From Amphiscolops sp. MND2022 (Eukaryota), in the NCBI GenBank assembly GCA_964187785.1, contig OZ076409.1, positions 61,258,001 through 61,322,000 on the forward strand: DNA of 64,000 nt. Reading direction: 5' to 3'. The notes under the pieces were generated by a model that saw only the letters and a list, made by a program, of their open reading frames with translations, was not told where the DNA came from and did not search any database. Shown here in pieces: positions 39,122 to 53,333 of the stretch. Made by a program: the position numbers and the translations under genes. Position 1 is the first letter of the stretch; every line of letters begins with the position of its first letter.

Positions 39122-42100
39122 ACAACTGGAACTGGACAACGGAACACGCCGAAGCATTTTAACTATTGAACACAAATACCGTGTTTAGCACATCATAGCT
39201 CCATTCGACAAAACATAATAACAACACATGCACGTACAAATGAACTAGGAGCGACAGTTTTGCAACAACAAGACAAAAGAGATCTAAAACCGATAGTACT
39301 CGCAAGCAGATTTATATCTGATACTGAAAAAAAGTATACAATCAACAAATTCGAAATGTCAGCTGTTGTCATGGGACTAGAACATTTACGTCTTTGCATC
39401 TACGGAAAACCCGTCAAACTGTTGACGGTTAACCAAGCTTTAGGACCGCTAATAAAACGCAATCGCTCAAACAAAATCTACAGCGCACGCTTAACGCGCT
39501 GGCCCGACCAATTAGCACACTTCACAACAAATGTGAACCATATCGCCGGAAAACAACCAGCGCTCACGGATTACTTGAGAAGAAATCCAATTGCACCGGC
39601 ACAAAAATAATAGCGTAAGAAGATGGATTTTTAATTACCAGCATAGCACTGCACTACGATTTAGTTTCAAAATTCAAGTGGCTTAGCAACCATTTAAGCC
39701 AATCACAGTCCTTGAACTGAAAAACCAACTCGACGGAAGCAACCAAACAACGGTCATCGGACAACACGCGTGAACGAAACGCCATTACTAGCACTGATCC
39801 CAAAGCAAACAGCAACACAGAATTCAAAGGTATCGCGCTTACAGTTCAATTGAAAACAGTCAACGCCAGAACCATGTAAAGTTTTGAAACAATGGTTTCA
39901 TCACAAGAACCTTCCGATCTGATGGAAAGATGGCGAAGCGTCGTGAAGCCGAGGGTTTACCGACTTTCAAATGGCAAGTGGCAAAAACCCACGATCAAAA
40001 ATTTCTCCAAAGCTGAGAACAAAAGAAGATAGACTGCCAGAAATAATCAGTAGATTAGAAAGCCGGACCAAAAACAACAACAATCGGAAAACTTCCCAGA
40101 CTGGCAATATACTGAAACATGGATCTCCCAATCAACCGAGCACAACCAGAGCACGTGCGTAATCGACCTTCAGCTATTATTGAGGGAAGCCACCAACGAT
40201 CTGAAGCTACCAAAAACCCTCATCTTAAGTCTGGACAGACAGCAATACCTAAACGTCCCGAGGAACACAATCATTACGAGTGAAAGCTCGCAACAAGATA
40301 CGGATCAAGTACTTTTTGAAGAGAAAATCATCGTCGCGCCAATTGTCGTACCACAGTCATCACCCGTTACACGAAGGGCGGCAAACCACGTTTGGTGGCC
40401 AAAAGTAACAGAGGTTATCCAAAGGAAAATTGACAGCTGCATACCATATGAGTATTCCGGTAAGAATCTTGAACCTAATTAACCTCAGGCGGAACAAAGC
40501 AGCCTACCACCATTAAACGTACTGAACAAAGAAATCCACTGGATTTAATCGGATCAATCGCGGAACAGAACCGTAGATTTTATATCTTTTTTTCCATGGA
40601 CCGGCATATTAAAGGGCCGTCGGCCACTTTATGCAAACAGACACACTACAAAACGGTGGTAAACTCTTAACAAAAATTTAATCAATTGAATGGAGTACCC
40701 AAAATCATAAGAACCGACAAAGCATCGGCAATCACAGGCCACTACTTTAGAGATTTTTGTAGAAGTTTCAACTCACTGAAATACGAACAACATATATTCA
40801 CACCACAACTGGCGTTATAGAGCGCAGAGTAGTAAGAATTTTAAAAGCAAACCTACTCACAAACATTCAAACCGGAGTGTCTTTCGGAAAAGCACTCGGT
40901 TAATTTTTAGGAGTAATGGTTACTACCCCTCACACTAGACTAACGAATCGGCATTTGAATTACTCTTCGGTAGAGAACCGAATACCGAATTGAGTAACAT
41001 GCTAAAAATGGATATCATAAAAAAGCTAAAGAGTAGTCATTTCTTTTCAGCAAAACCAGATCCCTTGCAGGTTTACACATTCAGTGGAGAAAGCAATAGC
41101 TCCGACCATCTGCCAGTGAAACAAAAGAGAAAAGCAGCAAAGACGGTGAGTGAGTTTCTGTTTAAATTCTCGAACGAAAAAAACAACAAAACAACTTTGA
41201 AAGTCCATACTCAGAACACCTACAAACGGCTGCTACAGGAACAAGCCATACCGTAACCACATCAGATAACAGAACAATTCACCGTAAACTGAAATATAAA
41301 TCTGTAAAAACATTTGAACAGAAACCATCCAACAGAGGCACTGAAGCAAGAGGACCGGACGGAAAATTTTCCCCGAAAGAAAGCAAGGCTCCCACTACTC
41401 CCGAAAGATTCCCATCACCAGTTGATCCAACGGACACCAGCCCTGAATCACAGGCAATCAAGAACCATAGGCAGAGGGAGGCCGCGGCTAATCACGAACC
41501 GTTCAACATTAACATCACCGGAAAAGGGGCTCGGAAGAGCTGACCAAATTGCATATAGACAACTGGGACCGCTAATGATAACCACAAACCAAATGTCGGA
41601 ATCCGATATAGACCAAGTTGTTAGCGACGCACAATACTAATGACAAGAACTCCAAATCAGAAGCAAAAACGGTAAGGAACTTTTAATACAATGGAAACGG
41701 AACACAAAAACAGGAATGACCTATCACACTTAGAACTAGCAAGCAATTTGAGCTCCAGCACTGAAAATGAAAATGAAGTAGAAAAAAAACAGAAAAAACT
41801 AGCTTACGCCGGTCGAAAAGACAAAAGAAAACAAACCCATTCGTTAGATCAAATTATCTAGTATTCAAAATGATTAAAGAAAACAACGCAAAACGACTCA
41901 ACATGTCACCACTATTGGAGACAAAAGACGAAATGCTGGAGCGGGACGGCGAGGGAAAGCAATAAACCGCTCACGCCATCAGACGAACCATTCTACAGAA
42001 GCTCGTCACGCTGATCAGGGAATCCCCGGATACAACACCAACAGAACTTGGACGGTCCACCGGCACATTCGCCGGTTAGGGAACTCTATTGGATAACTCT

Positions 42101-42699
42101 CGTCCAATTGCAGATGGGGGAAATGAAGAGGAACAGCTACTTGATTAAAACATGTTGATAAACCTTCCGTAACTACTTTTTGTTTCATCCAATAACAACT
42201 ACGTAGTCTGTACTAGAAGCTCTATACCATAACAAAATAAATTGGAGCTACAGTTAACTTTATCATTTAATCTCTTTTCCTTACAAGATCTTCTCTCAGA
42301 AAACAATAATTGTCTAGCACTAAACTAAACATTACACCTTGAACATGATTTGAAAACAAAACACCCAATGGATTGCTAAAATCTATAATTCATTATTTGA
42401 GTAATTTGCTGCAAACTCGAATAAGAAACTCAATGCAAAATGGCTTGGCCCTTTAGTCCCCCCTTGTATCTGTTGTAATGGTGAGGTTGGTCTCTGCTTA
42501 CTTAGCATTGCATAGAATTCTTAAAGTTTCCGGTTTTAAAAGAAACTGTTCTGTTTGAAATTCCACAATACTTTTGAAGCAATCTCCTTAAATATCTTAC
42601 TTCCATCCTCCGTTGGCATCTTTTCAGAAGACTGAACGAATAGTATACCAAAAGTTGGCTTACTTCGGTTTGAAAGGTTTAATTTGGTGCATATCACCC

Positions 42700-45150
42700 A
42701 GAAAAAGATGTTTCCCGAGTCTTGAGGGTGACCTCTTTGTTGTTTTTGGATCCTGTGCAACTGATGAGTTTTCTGAGTAATTGTGGAAAAAAACCTCGTT
42801 TCAGTTTGTTTTGGCTCTACATCTGTCCGAAACATTCATCTGGTCGAAAGTTACCCCTCACTTTCAAAGCCTATTTCGGAATAAAGTAATTTTGCGAGCT
42901 TAAACTTTTTTTCGGCACTAAGGGACTTTTCCGAAAAAGAATAAAATTGGAGTTTTTATTTTTCCTGTGGCGGAAAATGTGGTTGCTGAGTCTCGAGCGT
43001 GTTTCTTGAGGTAATTTTCGGCACAAAGAAAAAGGTAAACTTTTTAAACTTGTGTCCTTTGCAATTTTAAGAAATTTGAGCGCCAACGTGGGCAGGTCCC
43101 GATTTGTTATATTAATGCACATATTATTGCCCCGTTTGGGGCCAACTTGACTGTTTTTTCAAACATGAAAATACAGAAGCCTAAGGGAAATCGAGTTTAG
43201 TTGTCGTTGAAAGTTTACATCATTCTAACGCAGGAAATAGCTCAAAACTTTCACAAAAAAAGCAACAAATTTTTTTTGTATTGGGTCTTTCTAAAGTTTT
43301 TTCCTGTGTGGGTAGCGGCAAACACATTTTCCTTCGAAGAGCGTATTCCATGGCTAGTGATTCTGCCTGGAGGAGTTTTTCGACTATTATTAGGTTGACA
43401 GGAAAGTTTCAAAAATTTCACTTTTCCAAGTTGAAATTTTTGAAAATTGTGCAAATGAAGATGTCCGAAATCTATTCAAAACATTACCGGTAGCTACACC
43501 TTTCAATCTTGATCCTATGGGATTTCTGACCGAAGTAAATTTTCGGTTCAAAATTGTGACTATTTTGTCGAAAAAAAGTGAGAATCCGGGAAATTTGGCA
43601 CCTTTATTTTCGAATTCGAGGAACTTTATCCCACTATCTTTCACAAAATGCCCTTTGAATACCCTATGTAAAAAATTTTGTAACTATCGCATATCTTAGG
43701 TCATTCTCAGGACTTTTTCGTCCATGACAAGTGCAATTTTCTCTTCAAAAATTGCGCTGCGGACCTATATATACCTTCTGGAGCATTTTGACGCTTTTTT
43801 TATCGCAGATTTCTATTCGCAAATGAAATTCACTGAAAATGTCAGAAACCAACAAAAAGGTTGACTCTTGAGTTCTTGCGGTCAATTTTGAGCCATTTTT
43901 AACTGAACTCTGCAAATATACCCCGGAAAGTTTGCTGGATTTTGAATTCAGTCGTTTTTGAACGTTTTTTTAAACTTCTGACTACAAAACAATTCAAAAA
44001 GTACAAATAACTTGCAAAAAAGGGGATGTTGCATTTTTTCGATTCATTGGGAGTGTTTTGGAAGCAAAACGCAGCAATGTTCTTGTCAAAAAAGGTACTG
44101 CATAGCTCGTTCTGTCTTTTTTGACTGTTTTGAATTTTCTAGCCTACGAAATCTCCCGGAAATTGTACAAAAACTGCTATGAAAGTAACAAAATTTTGAA
44201 TGTTTTGAATTCTACGACTTTTTCTGGGTGCATTTGATGCATTTTTCTATTATAATTTTTTTCTCGTGACAAAAGCCTTCTGAATTCTCGCATTTTGCAC
44301 CTGTTTGGACTTTCTAATTCAAGCAGTCTATCGAAAATGTTTCAAAAATTGGATGAAAATGATGAGAATCGGAAAACTTCAGAAACTTTGCCGTTTTCGT
44401 TGTCAATCCGAGAAGTTATTCATTTGATAAAACAGCATATTTCTCTGAACTAAGCATATCGGACAACAAAGACTTTCATTGTAGGCTCTTCTCAACAATC
44501 CAATCCACTAAGTCTGTCAAAAATTCGAGAAAGTTTGCATAAAAACTATAAAGGTTGTAAAAGTTTAGTCTTTTTGTATTTTCCGGTATCAATTTGAGGT
44601 TTTTTCATTTAAAAACCAGCACCTATCTCTTCGGAAAAGACTACTAGACAACGAATTTGGTCTTGCTGAATGTTGTGAACGTTTTATTCCACGATGTCTA
44701 TCGAAAACGTGACAAAACATTGCATAAAAACGGTAAAGTCGGGAAATTTCGGACTTTTTCTTAATTTTGGTGTCATTCATCTTTTGAATATCTCTTCATA
44801 AAAGACTACGCAACATTGAATTTTTGCCTTATCGAACGTTTTCAACATTCTAATCCGCGGATTTCAGTGAAATTCCGAAAAACAATTGCATGAAAACCTG
44901 AAAAATTTTGGAGTTTTTCTTTTTTCGGGGTAAATTTGGTTCTTTATGGGGTCATTTTCGTCCTTCCCAAAAAAGTCCAAAAATCTCCTCAAATACATAT
45001 CACACGAAGCTAAATTTTTGTGACGTGAATCCTGCGGGCGCCACCTTTCAATTTAAGTATAAATTCGGTGCTTGGCAAATTTTGTAAAAAAAACCGTTTG
45101 ATTTAAATATTTTCCTTTCCGTTTCCTTATGGAATATGGTCGGAAAATAA
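42700..45150 (-). mobile_element. Second long family B HINE copy (3' end not found), with a nested family A terminus at ~43070-43108
   Basis: Collinear similarity to 6700-9353, including GGTGCTTGGCAAATTTTGTAAAAAAAACCGTTTGATTTAAATATTTTCCTTTCC and the central tandem repeats. Confidence 0.7.
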
Positions 45151-48100
45151 AAATATTTCAGATTCTTTGGCAGAAACAAGACATGTTGGTACCAACTGGC
45201 CCATGTTTTACAATGCCTTCTACCGACGAAGTGTCTTTTTCCATCAATGCGCTGCCGCTCTTTTCAAGAAAAAGCTTTGGATTGCTGCATTAATAGTTGA
45301 TACCTTTTATTTATTGGACCAACATTTTGAAGCCGTGGCGGTTTAAATTTTGAAATCTAAAATTTTTGAAAAAATTGCTTTCCATATTGCCAGGGGCCAA
45401 TTTGAGAAAAGTTTACTAATTTGTTTAAAGAATATCTTGTAAATTTACCTGTTGATTTGAAGATCTGTTGATTGTTGATCAGAGATTGCGCCTCCCTCGA
45501 TGCGATCCTTGTGAAAATAAACTGAATGACGATTGTTTTTTCTCTGACAACGCTTTTCATTTCAGCACGTTTCGGTTTTGCTTCAGATCTTTTTCATTGG
45601 GATGTCATTTTAAAATAAAGCTCTATTGTAGATGCATTTACTCAATTGGCCGCTTCAACTAAAGAATTTTCTGAAAACCTTCAAAACCCTTCAGTGGAGC
45701 ACTTCAGTTTATTCATCGTCATTTAGGGTGGTGTTTTTCCCAACCAAATTTTACAGACAAGGTAAAATAAAAAGTAATGCAAAAAGTAGCAGTTCAAAGC
45801 ATAATGGAGTTCCAAAGCATGAGGGAAAATAGCTCAAAAGGTATTAGTCAGATATACAAATTACAACAATATAAAGCAAAGCCCAGAATTTTTGAGTGGG
45901 TGTTCGATTTAGTTTTATTTTTAAAATCCTTTTTGTTCGAAACTCATTCTGAATTAAAAATATACTACAGCCGCCGATGATTTTGTAATTTTTGAAAAGT
46001 TTTAAAATAATTTTTGATCCTCTCAAAATTTATGCAAAACGATTGGCTTTTTGCTAACTTTCCCTCTGGATATATTGGTCTCGGAAACTGTATTCACACT
46101 CCTAAAAATTATACCCATTTTGATCGAGCAAGAAATCAACACTGGCGTATTTGAAAGTCTATACTATTTCTTCCTTGTATCCACTTTTGAAGGTTGACGT
46201 AAAAAAGCTACTATTGGAAAACAAAAAACCAACATCAGTACTGTGATTTTCGCCTTTCGAAAATATGTATATTTCTAGAAATCAGACGTTTGTTTGTCAT
46301 CCTTAATTCTAAGAAATCTACTGAAAACCGATACTGTTTTGAAGTTTGACGTCTTCGTTTTCACCCTTTTGGGCTCAAACATTTTGCGAAAGTATCTTCA
46401 GCTGCTGTATGATTTTTTGGTTTTGACACCTACCAATGCACACACAAATTCAATTTAATAACCAACCATTACGTTTACAGAAATTATTTTTGTTGAAAAC
46501 ATGTTTTCGCTGTTATACGGTCGATCCGAATGACCCCTATTGAGTTTCAGTTACAAACTACCACCCAATTGTCTAGCATACCAAAGAGTTGTATACAAAC
46601 AAACTCTAAATAGATTACTTTACTCTATACTCATTTTGGATACAAATTTGGGATAGAACATACGATAAAAAGATTGGGAATACAAACATTATTTTAATTC
46701 GTTTTCTCCTATATCTTATATCAACCTTAGAATAGAACATTCGCATTATTCGGAATTCTACCTACGTCTGCGAACACCCGTGCATCAGATCGATGCCCCT
46801 TCGTGCCGAACCAGAAAACAAGTGAAGCTTTAGCACAAGGGCTTGATTTTTATCTGAGTGAAGCTGTTAACTAGGTAGGCGTTCTTATTTATTATGAAAT
46901 CGAATGAATTCCACCATCTTCTTCTTTGTGCTGTCTCGAAGAACTAGAACTTCCTTACAATGCTCAATGACTCGAGTTAGGACCATGTGCTTTGATTTCA
47001 AACATTTTTGATATTATGCTGTTTTTGAGCGTGAGCAGCTTGAGCTCAATTTTTTAGCGGAATGACTATTGCTCCTCTTATTTTTTGTTTCTCGTCTTTT
47101 CATGAAGAGAGCCTGCTGAAATTATATAACCCCATCAAAAACTGTCAAAGGAAGTTTCTGATAGTTATACTTTTCTACTTATTCGCTTTAGAGCGTGATT
47201 GGTTATCAAAATTAGTTTCTAACAACTTCTGCCGCAAAGTATTAGATGGTGGTGGATAGTCAAAAAGTACTTTCCACTTTCGCAGTGGCTACCGTTTGGG
47301 ACTGGGAAGCAAGAGTTCGTGGCTGGAATTCTGCGCTTGACCAAAATGTTTTTTTCTGTATACATTCCGTCCAATTTTTGAGTTGGTTCAAGAATTAAAG
47401 AGTATATTGGGTGAACTAAAACAAACGAAACGCACAAAACTTTGCGTCTTAATTGCATTATTCGTAAACAACACCCTGAAACTCTCAATTTTTTGTCAGT
47501 CATTTAGAATGAAGCTCTTGTTACGTAATCACATCTTCAGCTAAGGATGGTTTGCACCATTTGAAATACAGTCTAGACAATTTGACCTGTCTTTTTGTCC
47601 ACTTTTTCAATGTGTGAAAATTCTTTCGCTCTTAAGAAGAGTACTATATTGAATGATTGACAGCAATGTTCAAAAACGTTTATTAACAAATATTTGGAAC
47701 TTTGAGAGCTCGATATTTATCAAGCGTTCCATTTTTTTGTTCGCCTGGTACGAGAATGCCAAAGGAATGTTTTAAAAACCTTCTACAGTTTTCACTGTAT
47801 ACAAATTCTGAATGAGACAAAAGATCGACATTGCTCGACCTTTTCTCTCTTTTCTGCAATCAGTAGAAGATTTTTTCAGTTTTTCAAACGTTTTTCACAC
47901 CTAAAAGTCCATTTTATGTTATTTTGAGACGTTAGGACTTATTTGCATAGTTGAAAAAATTTTCGAAAACATTTTTTTTGCAACTTTTTTTGTTTTGTTG
48001 TTTCAGCTTAGGAAGAATTTTTTTAACCTAATCTTATTAAATTTTTAGACATTAAAAGACTTCTTTCAATTTTTACACCAATTAGTTCCCCAAGTGCAGG

Positions 48101-48888
48101 GAGTTCGGATCTATCCAATGTCGATCTTTGTATCTTTTCAAATAGAACAACAGCGGTACCGCTTTGTGGTGTTAGGTCTAGTCAGATGAAAGTATGGTTT
48201 TCCAAGTTTTTGACGTTTTATCTCTATGATTTTCATCAGGTCTTGTATTCCAGTTGATGACTTGGATACTATCAAAAAGCATGTGCTGTTGGACTCTCAC
48301 CAAAAACGTCGAATTTTCGTTTTTCTTCAATTTGAACGATAAAATTGCCATTTTCTGTTACAATATTTGTACCATAGTTATCCTGATTGCCATTTGATCT
48401 TGCTATTTTTTGCAAATTTTTCCTGCGTGAAACAATTGAGGCTGAAAGGTATTGGATAGTTTTTTTGATCAAATACAGGGTGTTCACAGCAAGCTGGAAA
48501 TTTTTTAATGATTGTTGCTTAATAATTATTAAATATACAACATTTTGTTCAAACTGAAACGATAGATCTATGAAAAAGTTTGTTTTCATAAAATTTTATT
48601 TCCAGAAAATTGTTTTTGCGGGTAACTGTTTCCGGTTTTCCAAAAACACATTTGCTAAAAACACGTTGTGCTATGAAATTTACTTAAAGAACAGGATATT
48701 TTTATCATTGGCACTTTCTGTGGAGGTAATGTAGCTGCTGTTGATGTTCGACGCGGGTTTTTTCTAAAATACGAAATATCTGGACTTGCGAAAAAACAGT
48801 ATTTAGCCAGAGATTTCGCTCGTGTTTTGAAAAGATTCAACAAGAACGGAATTGGGATCAGTCCCCGCTTGATTCCGTCTGCAAATGA

Positions 48889-49419
48889 TGTTACGCATAT
48901 TTATCGGGGTGGTTTTAGTTGAGGTCGTTTTTGTTTTTACTGGGGTGGACGTACGAGCCATGAAGATATTTTCAGGTTCAGAGTCAGAAGTCTCTAAGAC
49001 TTGGTAATCTGAGGGCTTTTTAGTCATAAGTGCTATGAGCTTTAACATCTTCTTTAGGTTGTCTGCAAGAATTTTAATAAGATCAGACATAATTCCTCTT
49101 CTCAGAGACATTTTAATCTCGTCTAATTTTCCGGTCTGAATTTTAGGTGATTTACTCGACCAAGCTACGAGGGTTTCAACTAGGTTGTTTCCAGTAGTCG
49201 AAGCTTCAAACTCTCCTGAGGCTAATTCTGCTACTGCTGTCCTTTTCTGGCTTCTGATTGTCATTTTTCAAATGAAAAGATGGGAATTGGCCTGCGGAAA
49301 TAGTAAATTAATCAAAGACGTTTTTCGTTTCAATAACGTAGATTATAGATTCACAAGACGGCAAAAGTATCAACTAACTTTTTATGTTATCTCTAACTAT
49401 ATATACTCTCCTAGCATCA
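48889..49419 (-). mobile_element. Probable solo LTR with a gag-like N-terminal ORF starting inside it (ATG 49264)
   Basis: Minus strand TGATGCTAG...CGTAACA, with a TATA-like TATATATA near the 5' end. ORF MTIRSQKR...LDEIKMSLRRGIMSDLIKIL...TSTPVK...TPINMRN runs to the terminal CA. No TSD found. Confidence 0.5.
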
Positions 49420-50737
49420 TTTGTTCCTCACCTAAAATTTCTTAGGTGTCAAAAAAATTGGGTTTGTTCACTAAAAGTCCCTTATGATTCAATTTATTTC
49501 AGTCCCGCATAATGAAATCAGGTATCGAAATTCCTAGTTGCGTCGTCATTACATAATTCCCGTTGAAATCTTTTTTGTTCACGCAATTCCATTTCGTGTT
49601 TCAACTCCAAAATTGCGGCAAAAAAGTCTAGTTGACATTTTCATCGACGAAGGTACGCCGGCGTGATCAATTAGTCGTTTTCCAAGTTGGGAAGTTTGAA
49701 TTTCAAGACAGCAGTATGATACTCAAAAAACGGCTACGCAACTAGGACGGATCAAAGAAGTTCGGAAATGTAAAAATCTGAATACTAATGGAGAAAAGAA
49801 CAAATGATACTAAAACAACATTTCCCTGTTACTTTAGATATGAACACAACCTGGCTTGGTTATCATCGGCACAAAATTACACTGAACATTCATGACCTAA
49901 ATACATGGAATTATGATATTCAGACGAAACACTTGATAGGAACATGATTTTGCATAATGGTATTGAAGTCTGACAAAAAAATACGAACACAATACGTACT
50001 AAATAGGATTAGCACAGCACTGAAATTGTATGGCAATCATGCAGATCAGTTATAAAATCGTAAAATCGTTACAAAAATGTACAGTAACGGCAACGTCACG
50101 TTGTATTTTATATTATCTTCAAAAACTAAATCACAATCATGATGGAATGCTGAGTATTGAGTTTCTGAAGAAAATCATTTGCAACGTAAAGTAGACATGA
50201 ATTTTGCAGTCATCATTAGGAATACGCTGTAGGATAGCATTCAGATAATAAATACATAATTCACACTCTCTCCTACAATACAGCTTTTCGTAGTGTAATT
50301 TCGTATCCTAAAAATCACTCAGAGTGTCGTTTCCTAAAGAAACCCCTTTCAAAAATAACTCGAATCTCTACTTCGTAATCACAACTTTATAATTCACTCC
50401 GTAGTTTCTCCGTAATGTATTAAGATTAGGTATAGCTGAGAGATCGCTGACGGAGATATAGCGGAGCGCGTAGGCGTTCATTCTCTTTTTCTTAGCTAGT
50501 CGGTATCCTATGACGCTATTGGTCCGTAAAAATCAAAACACCAGCCACTGGCTTAGTAGAGTGACGCAGTCATAACGTTGTAATTATTCGCTTAAAGCGC
50601 TTGACTGTAATTTAAGGGAATCTTGACAACTACATTAATACTGTAGAACAATCCACTGTACTTTTCTGTATGTCCGTTTCATTTCACTTTAGATTGTATG
50701 TCTTCAATTACATTGGGAAAGTGAAAGCAAAGTTCGA

Positions 50738-52930
50738 GTGTTTTCGCGATTCCCTGAGATACCGCCAACCAACTTGACAGGTGCTCACACCATACTACAG
50801 CCTACAGAACACTCTAATACACTCACCGGAACGGATACTGTCAAGCTATGCAAAAAGGCCAGGATGGGTGATGCCTTTGAACTCTTAACCAACGAACTTG
50901 AAGCGAAACTGGCTCTACTGGAGCAGGAAATACAAGATGCACGAAAAGATGAAACGGAGTAACTCCGGTTGGCAAAATCGCTACAGGGACCCCAAAACGT
51001 GGACCATAGAGGGAGAAGGGCCCTTGGTCTAATAGCACCAGCCGTAAGAGCTGTCGGACTGGTGTTAGGTGACCCAGTCAAAGAGGCTGCATATTCGGCA
51101 CTCTCGATATTCAGCCTTTGCACTGAAAAAAAAGTCCTCGAGGCTGATATTCGAAATATAATGAGAAACTAGCAAGCAATGCAAGACACCCTGACGAGGT
51201 TGCAAACAAAAAACAATAGAAATTTCCTCTTATTGGGAAATGAAATCAAAAGCACGCAAAAAAGTGTAGCGAAGATGAAAGAAGTTTTGGGTATCCACCT
51301 CAAAACCCTCGAGAATGACATTCTCAACATAAAAGGAACTTTATCTACCCTTCGAAACCTATATACGCACGTAAAAAGTCTTCGAGCCGCATTCTACGCT
51401 TACGAAGTTTCCCTGTTCTCTTCAATTTCTTCCCTAGCAGCGAATTACGTTACACTAGTTTTCGTTTCTTGATCAACTCGCTTCCTTTGTCCGAAAACTT
51501 GCCAATGACGAAAACCTACGTGGAACAAACTCTCTCCAGCCATTCGCGTTGGCCAAGAGGCTACTTATTACGAAATTCAAATGGTTTTGGAAGTCCCCTC
51601 TTGAGTTCTGGCATTTCCGTTGTACTTGGTTTTCCAATGAAATGCAAGTCTTCGACTTTTAACGTTTATCACGACTCTCATTTGTATCAACCTAACGATG
51701 ATCTCACTACTGCTTTTTTATACCAGCTTGCTCAGCTTTGTCTTGGTATTTGTACAAGAACACACAGTTTGTCGATTTGAGAGCGTCGACCTTGCAACAA
51801 TGTTCCGGTAATAATCGCAGCAAACAATGCTCAGCTTTGTCTTGGTATTTGTACAGATAACACACAGTTTGTCGATTTGAGAGCGTCGACATTGCAACAA
51901 TGTTCCAGTAATAATCACATCAAACTATGCTGCAAAAGTTTTTCTACAACATCAGATGGCACATTACTTGGTCTGTCATCACTTTTCTACAATTTTGATG
52001 TCGCGTCTACTTTGTGAAGTCGAATCCGTTCTTTTACTGGATGCTGCGGAAGCATTTCATCTCGCAGATGGCATGTATCTTGTAATCTCCCGTCATTCTT
52101 CTTTTCACATGAAAAATGAAAGTCGCACTTTTGGTCTCTCTGTTCAAACGCTTTCTTGTCATGTCTGCATTATCCATCCCCCCAGCTGTCCAAGGAGATC
52201 TCGTCTTTACCACGGAGAAAGGTTTGTGCGAAACTATACCTCAACACTTTATTGCATCTACTCAATTTACTCCCTCATTGGACCAAGTCTTCCGTCATGT
52301 CCCTCAAGCATCAAGTCGTTTCCACGTCTATTCAATTGCCGAAGTTAGTCAGTCAGTACTCAACAGCGTACGTATGGAGCTGGCGCAACTACCAGACGTT
52401 CAATGTATGTCTAAGGAATCGTTAGATGACCTAACTCGACCCATCGCTCAGTATTACTCAACGATTTCTCCTGCTACTTCCGCTGTGTTTTGTCATCATA
52501 CCTACCTACTAAGACAGCAATCCTCCCTCACATCCATCGCCATCTCCTTGTTAACCTTTTGGATCAGTTTCACACTGTTTCGCCGACAGTGGCAACGTCA
52601 GTTCTCACATCCTCACATGTTCTTTCGTGATATCAAAGGACGTTTCTGCACATCATCGGTGACTCTTCTCAGCGGCATAGTGATGATGATTCATTGTTCC
52701 TTTATCTCACAGTAAGTGAGTTCTATGCTTTGCAGGAACTGGCACAAGAAACCTTACGACGACCTGTTCACGTTACCACTTCCATCATTCTAATTATGCC
52801 ATCACTAACCGTTTAACTTCTATTTTAAAGCATGAAACTTCTACACATCCCCCACTCTTCCTAACCGTAGTTACCTTCCTATTAGCGCACCTATTTATAA
52901 CGATTCAACCACACAAAAACACTCACACCA
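50738..52930 (+). pseudogene. env: env-like class I viral fusion glycoprotein (F-type) pseudogene of an LTR retroelement
   Basis: One frame 50738-51472 (two stops) gives furin-type RGRR (51008-51019), hydrophobic ALGLIAPAVRAVGLVLG and a heptad-like helix. Cys-rich segments follow (CQQCS.NNHIKLC, CEVESV, CHVCIIHPPSC), then a TM-like LTSIAISLLTFWISFTLF-RR. Confidence 0.75.
51729..51916 (+). repeat. 99-bp-period tandem duplication within env
   Basis: TGCTCAGCTTTGTCTTGGTATTTGTACA...TAATAATC occurs at 51729 and 51828. Confidence 0.9.
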
Positions 52931-52940
52931 ATAATCGAAC

Positions 52941-53145
52941 AAATCTTCACCTAAAGTGATGCTCTGGAACGTGTTTCCACGTTCATTTCAACCAAGTCTT
53001 CACTTCAAGTGATGCCCTCGAACGTGTTTCCGCGATCTGGAACTTACTTTTAAACTTGTATGATGCTACGGAACGTGTTTCCACGTTCATATTTCGTTTA
53101 GTCGTCACCTCGTGTGATGCAAACGCACGTATTTTTACGCTGCGC
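52941..53145 (+). repeat. Four ~52-bp tandem units with hairpin-forming motifs, between env and the accessory ORF
   Basis: (G/A)TGATGC at 52956, 53009, 53060 and 53114; TCAC-loop-GTGA and GAACGTG-TTTC-CACGTTC stems. Confidence 0.75.
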
Positions 53146-53333
53146 TACTACTCTTGATGATGATGACGAACAGTATACACCTTCTATTTGAACATTCTGG
53201 ACGACTGTCCTGCTCTTCGCATGTTTCCATGCTTACCCATAGGATACCTTTAGTCTGCGCTACCCCCCTTTGTTTGGTCTCTTGGGTACACTCTTTTATG
53301 TTTTGATCATGCACGTTTTTTTTAATGTTTCAG

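Larger units (their letters stand above)
36166..42298 (+). mobile_element. Decayed full-length Ty3/Gypsy LTR retrotransposon
   Basis: Diverged ~175-bp LTRs (36166-36341, 42124-42298), PBS-like TGGCGCAG at 36352, and PPT GGGGGAAA before the 3' LTR. Coding order: gag (LWWRKFVQY), protease (KFIIDR*SPVTLI), RT (SKFDLDYAYGQ...FQEKIDQTL...WLDH), RNase H (PIVLASRFISDTEKKY), integrase (HVWWPKV...GVPKIIRTD). Confidence 0.92.

Noticed and set aside
50400..50634. Possible solo LTR (CGTAGTT...AACTACA) upstream of env
   Set aside because: No partner, PBS or TSD, and no similarity to the 54448-54715 LTR.
52941..53145. CRISPR-like repeat-spacer appearance
   Set aside because: Units are degenerate, the intervening parts are mutually similar, there are no cas genes, and the context is a eukaryotic retroelement.
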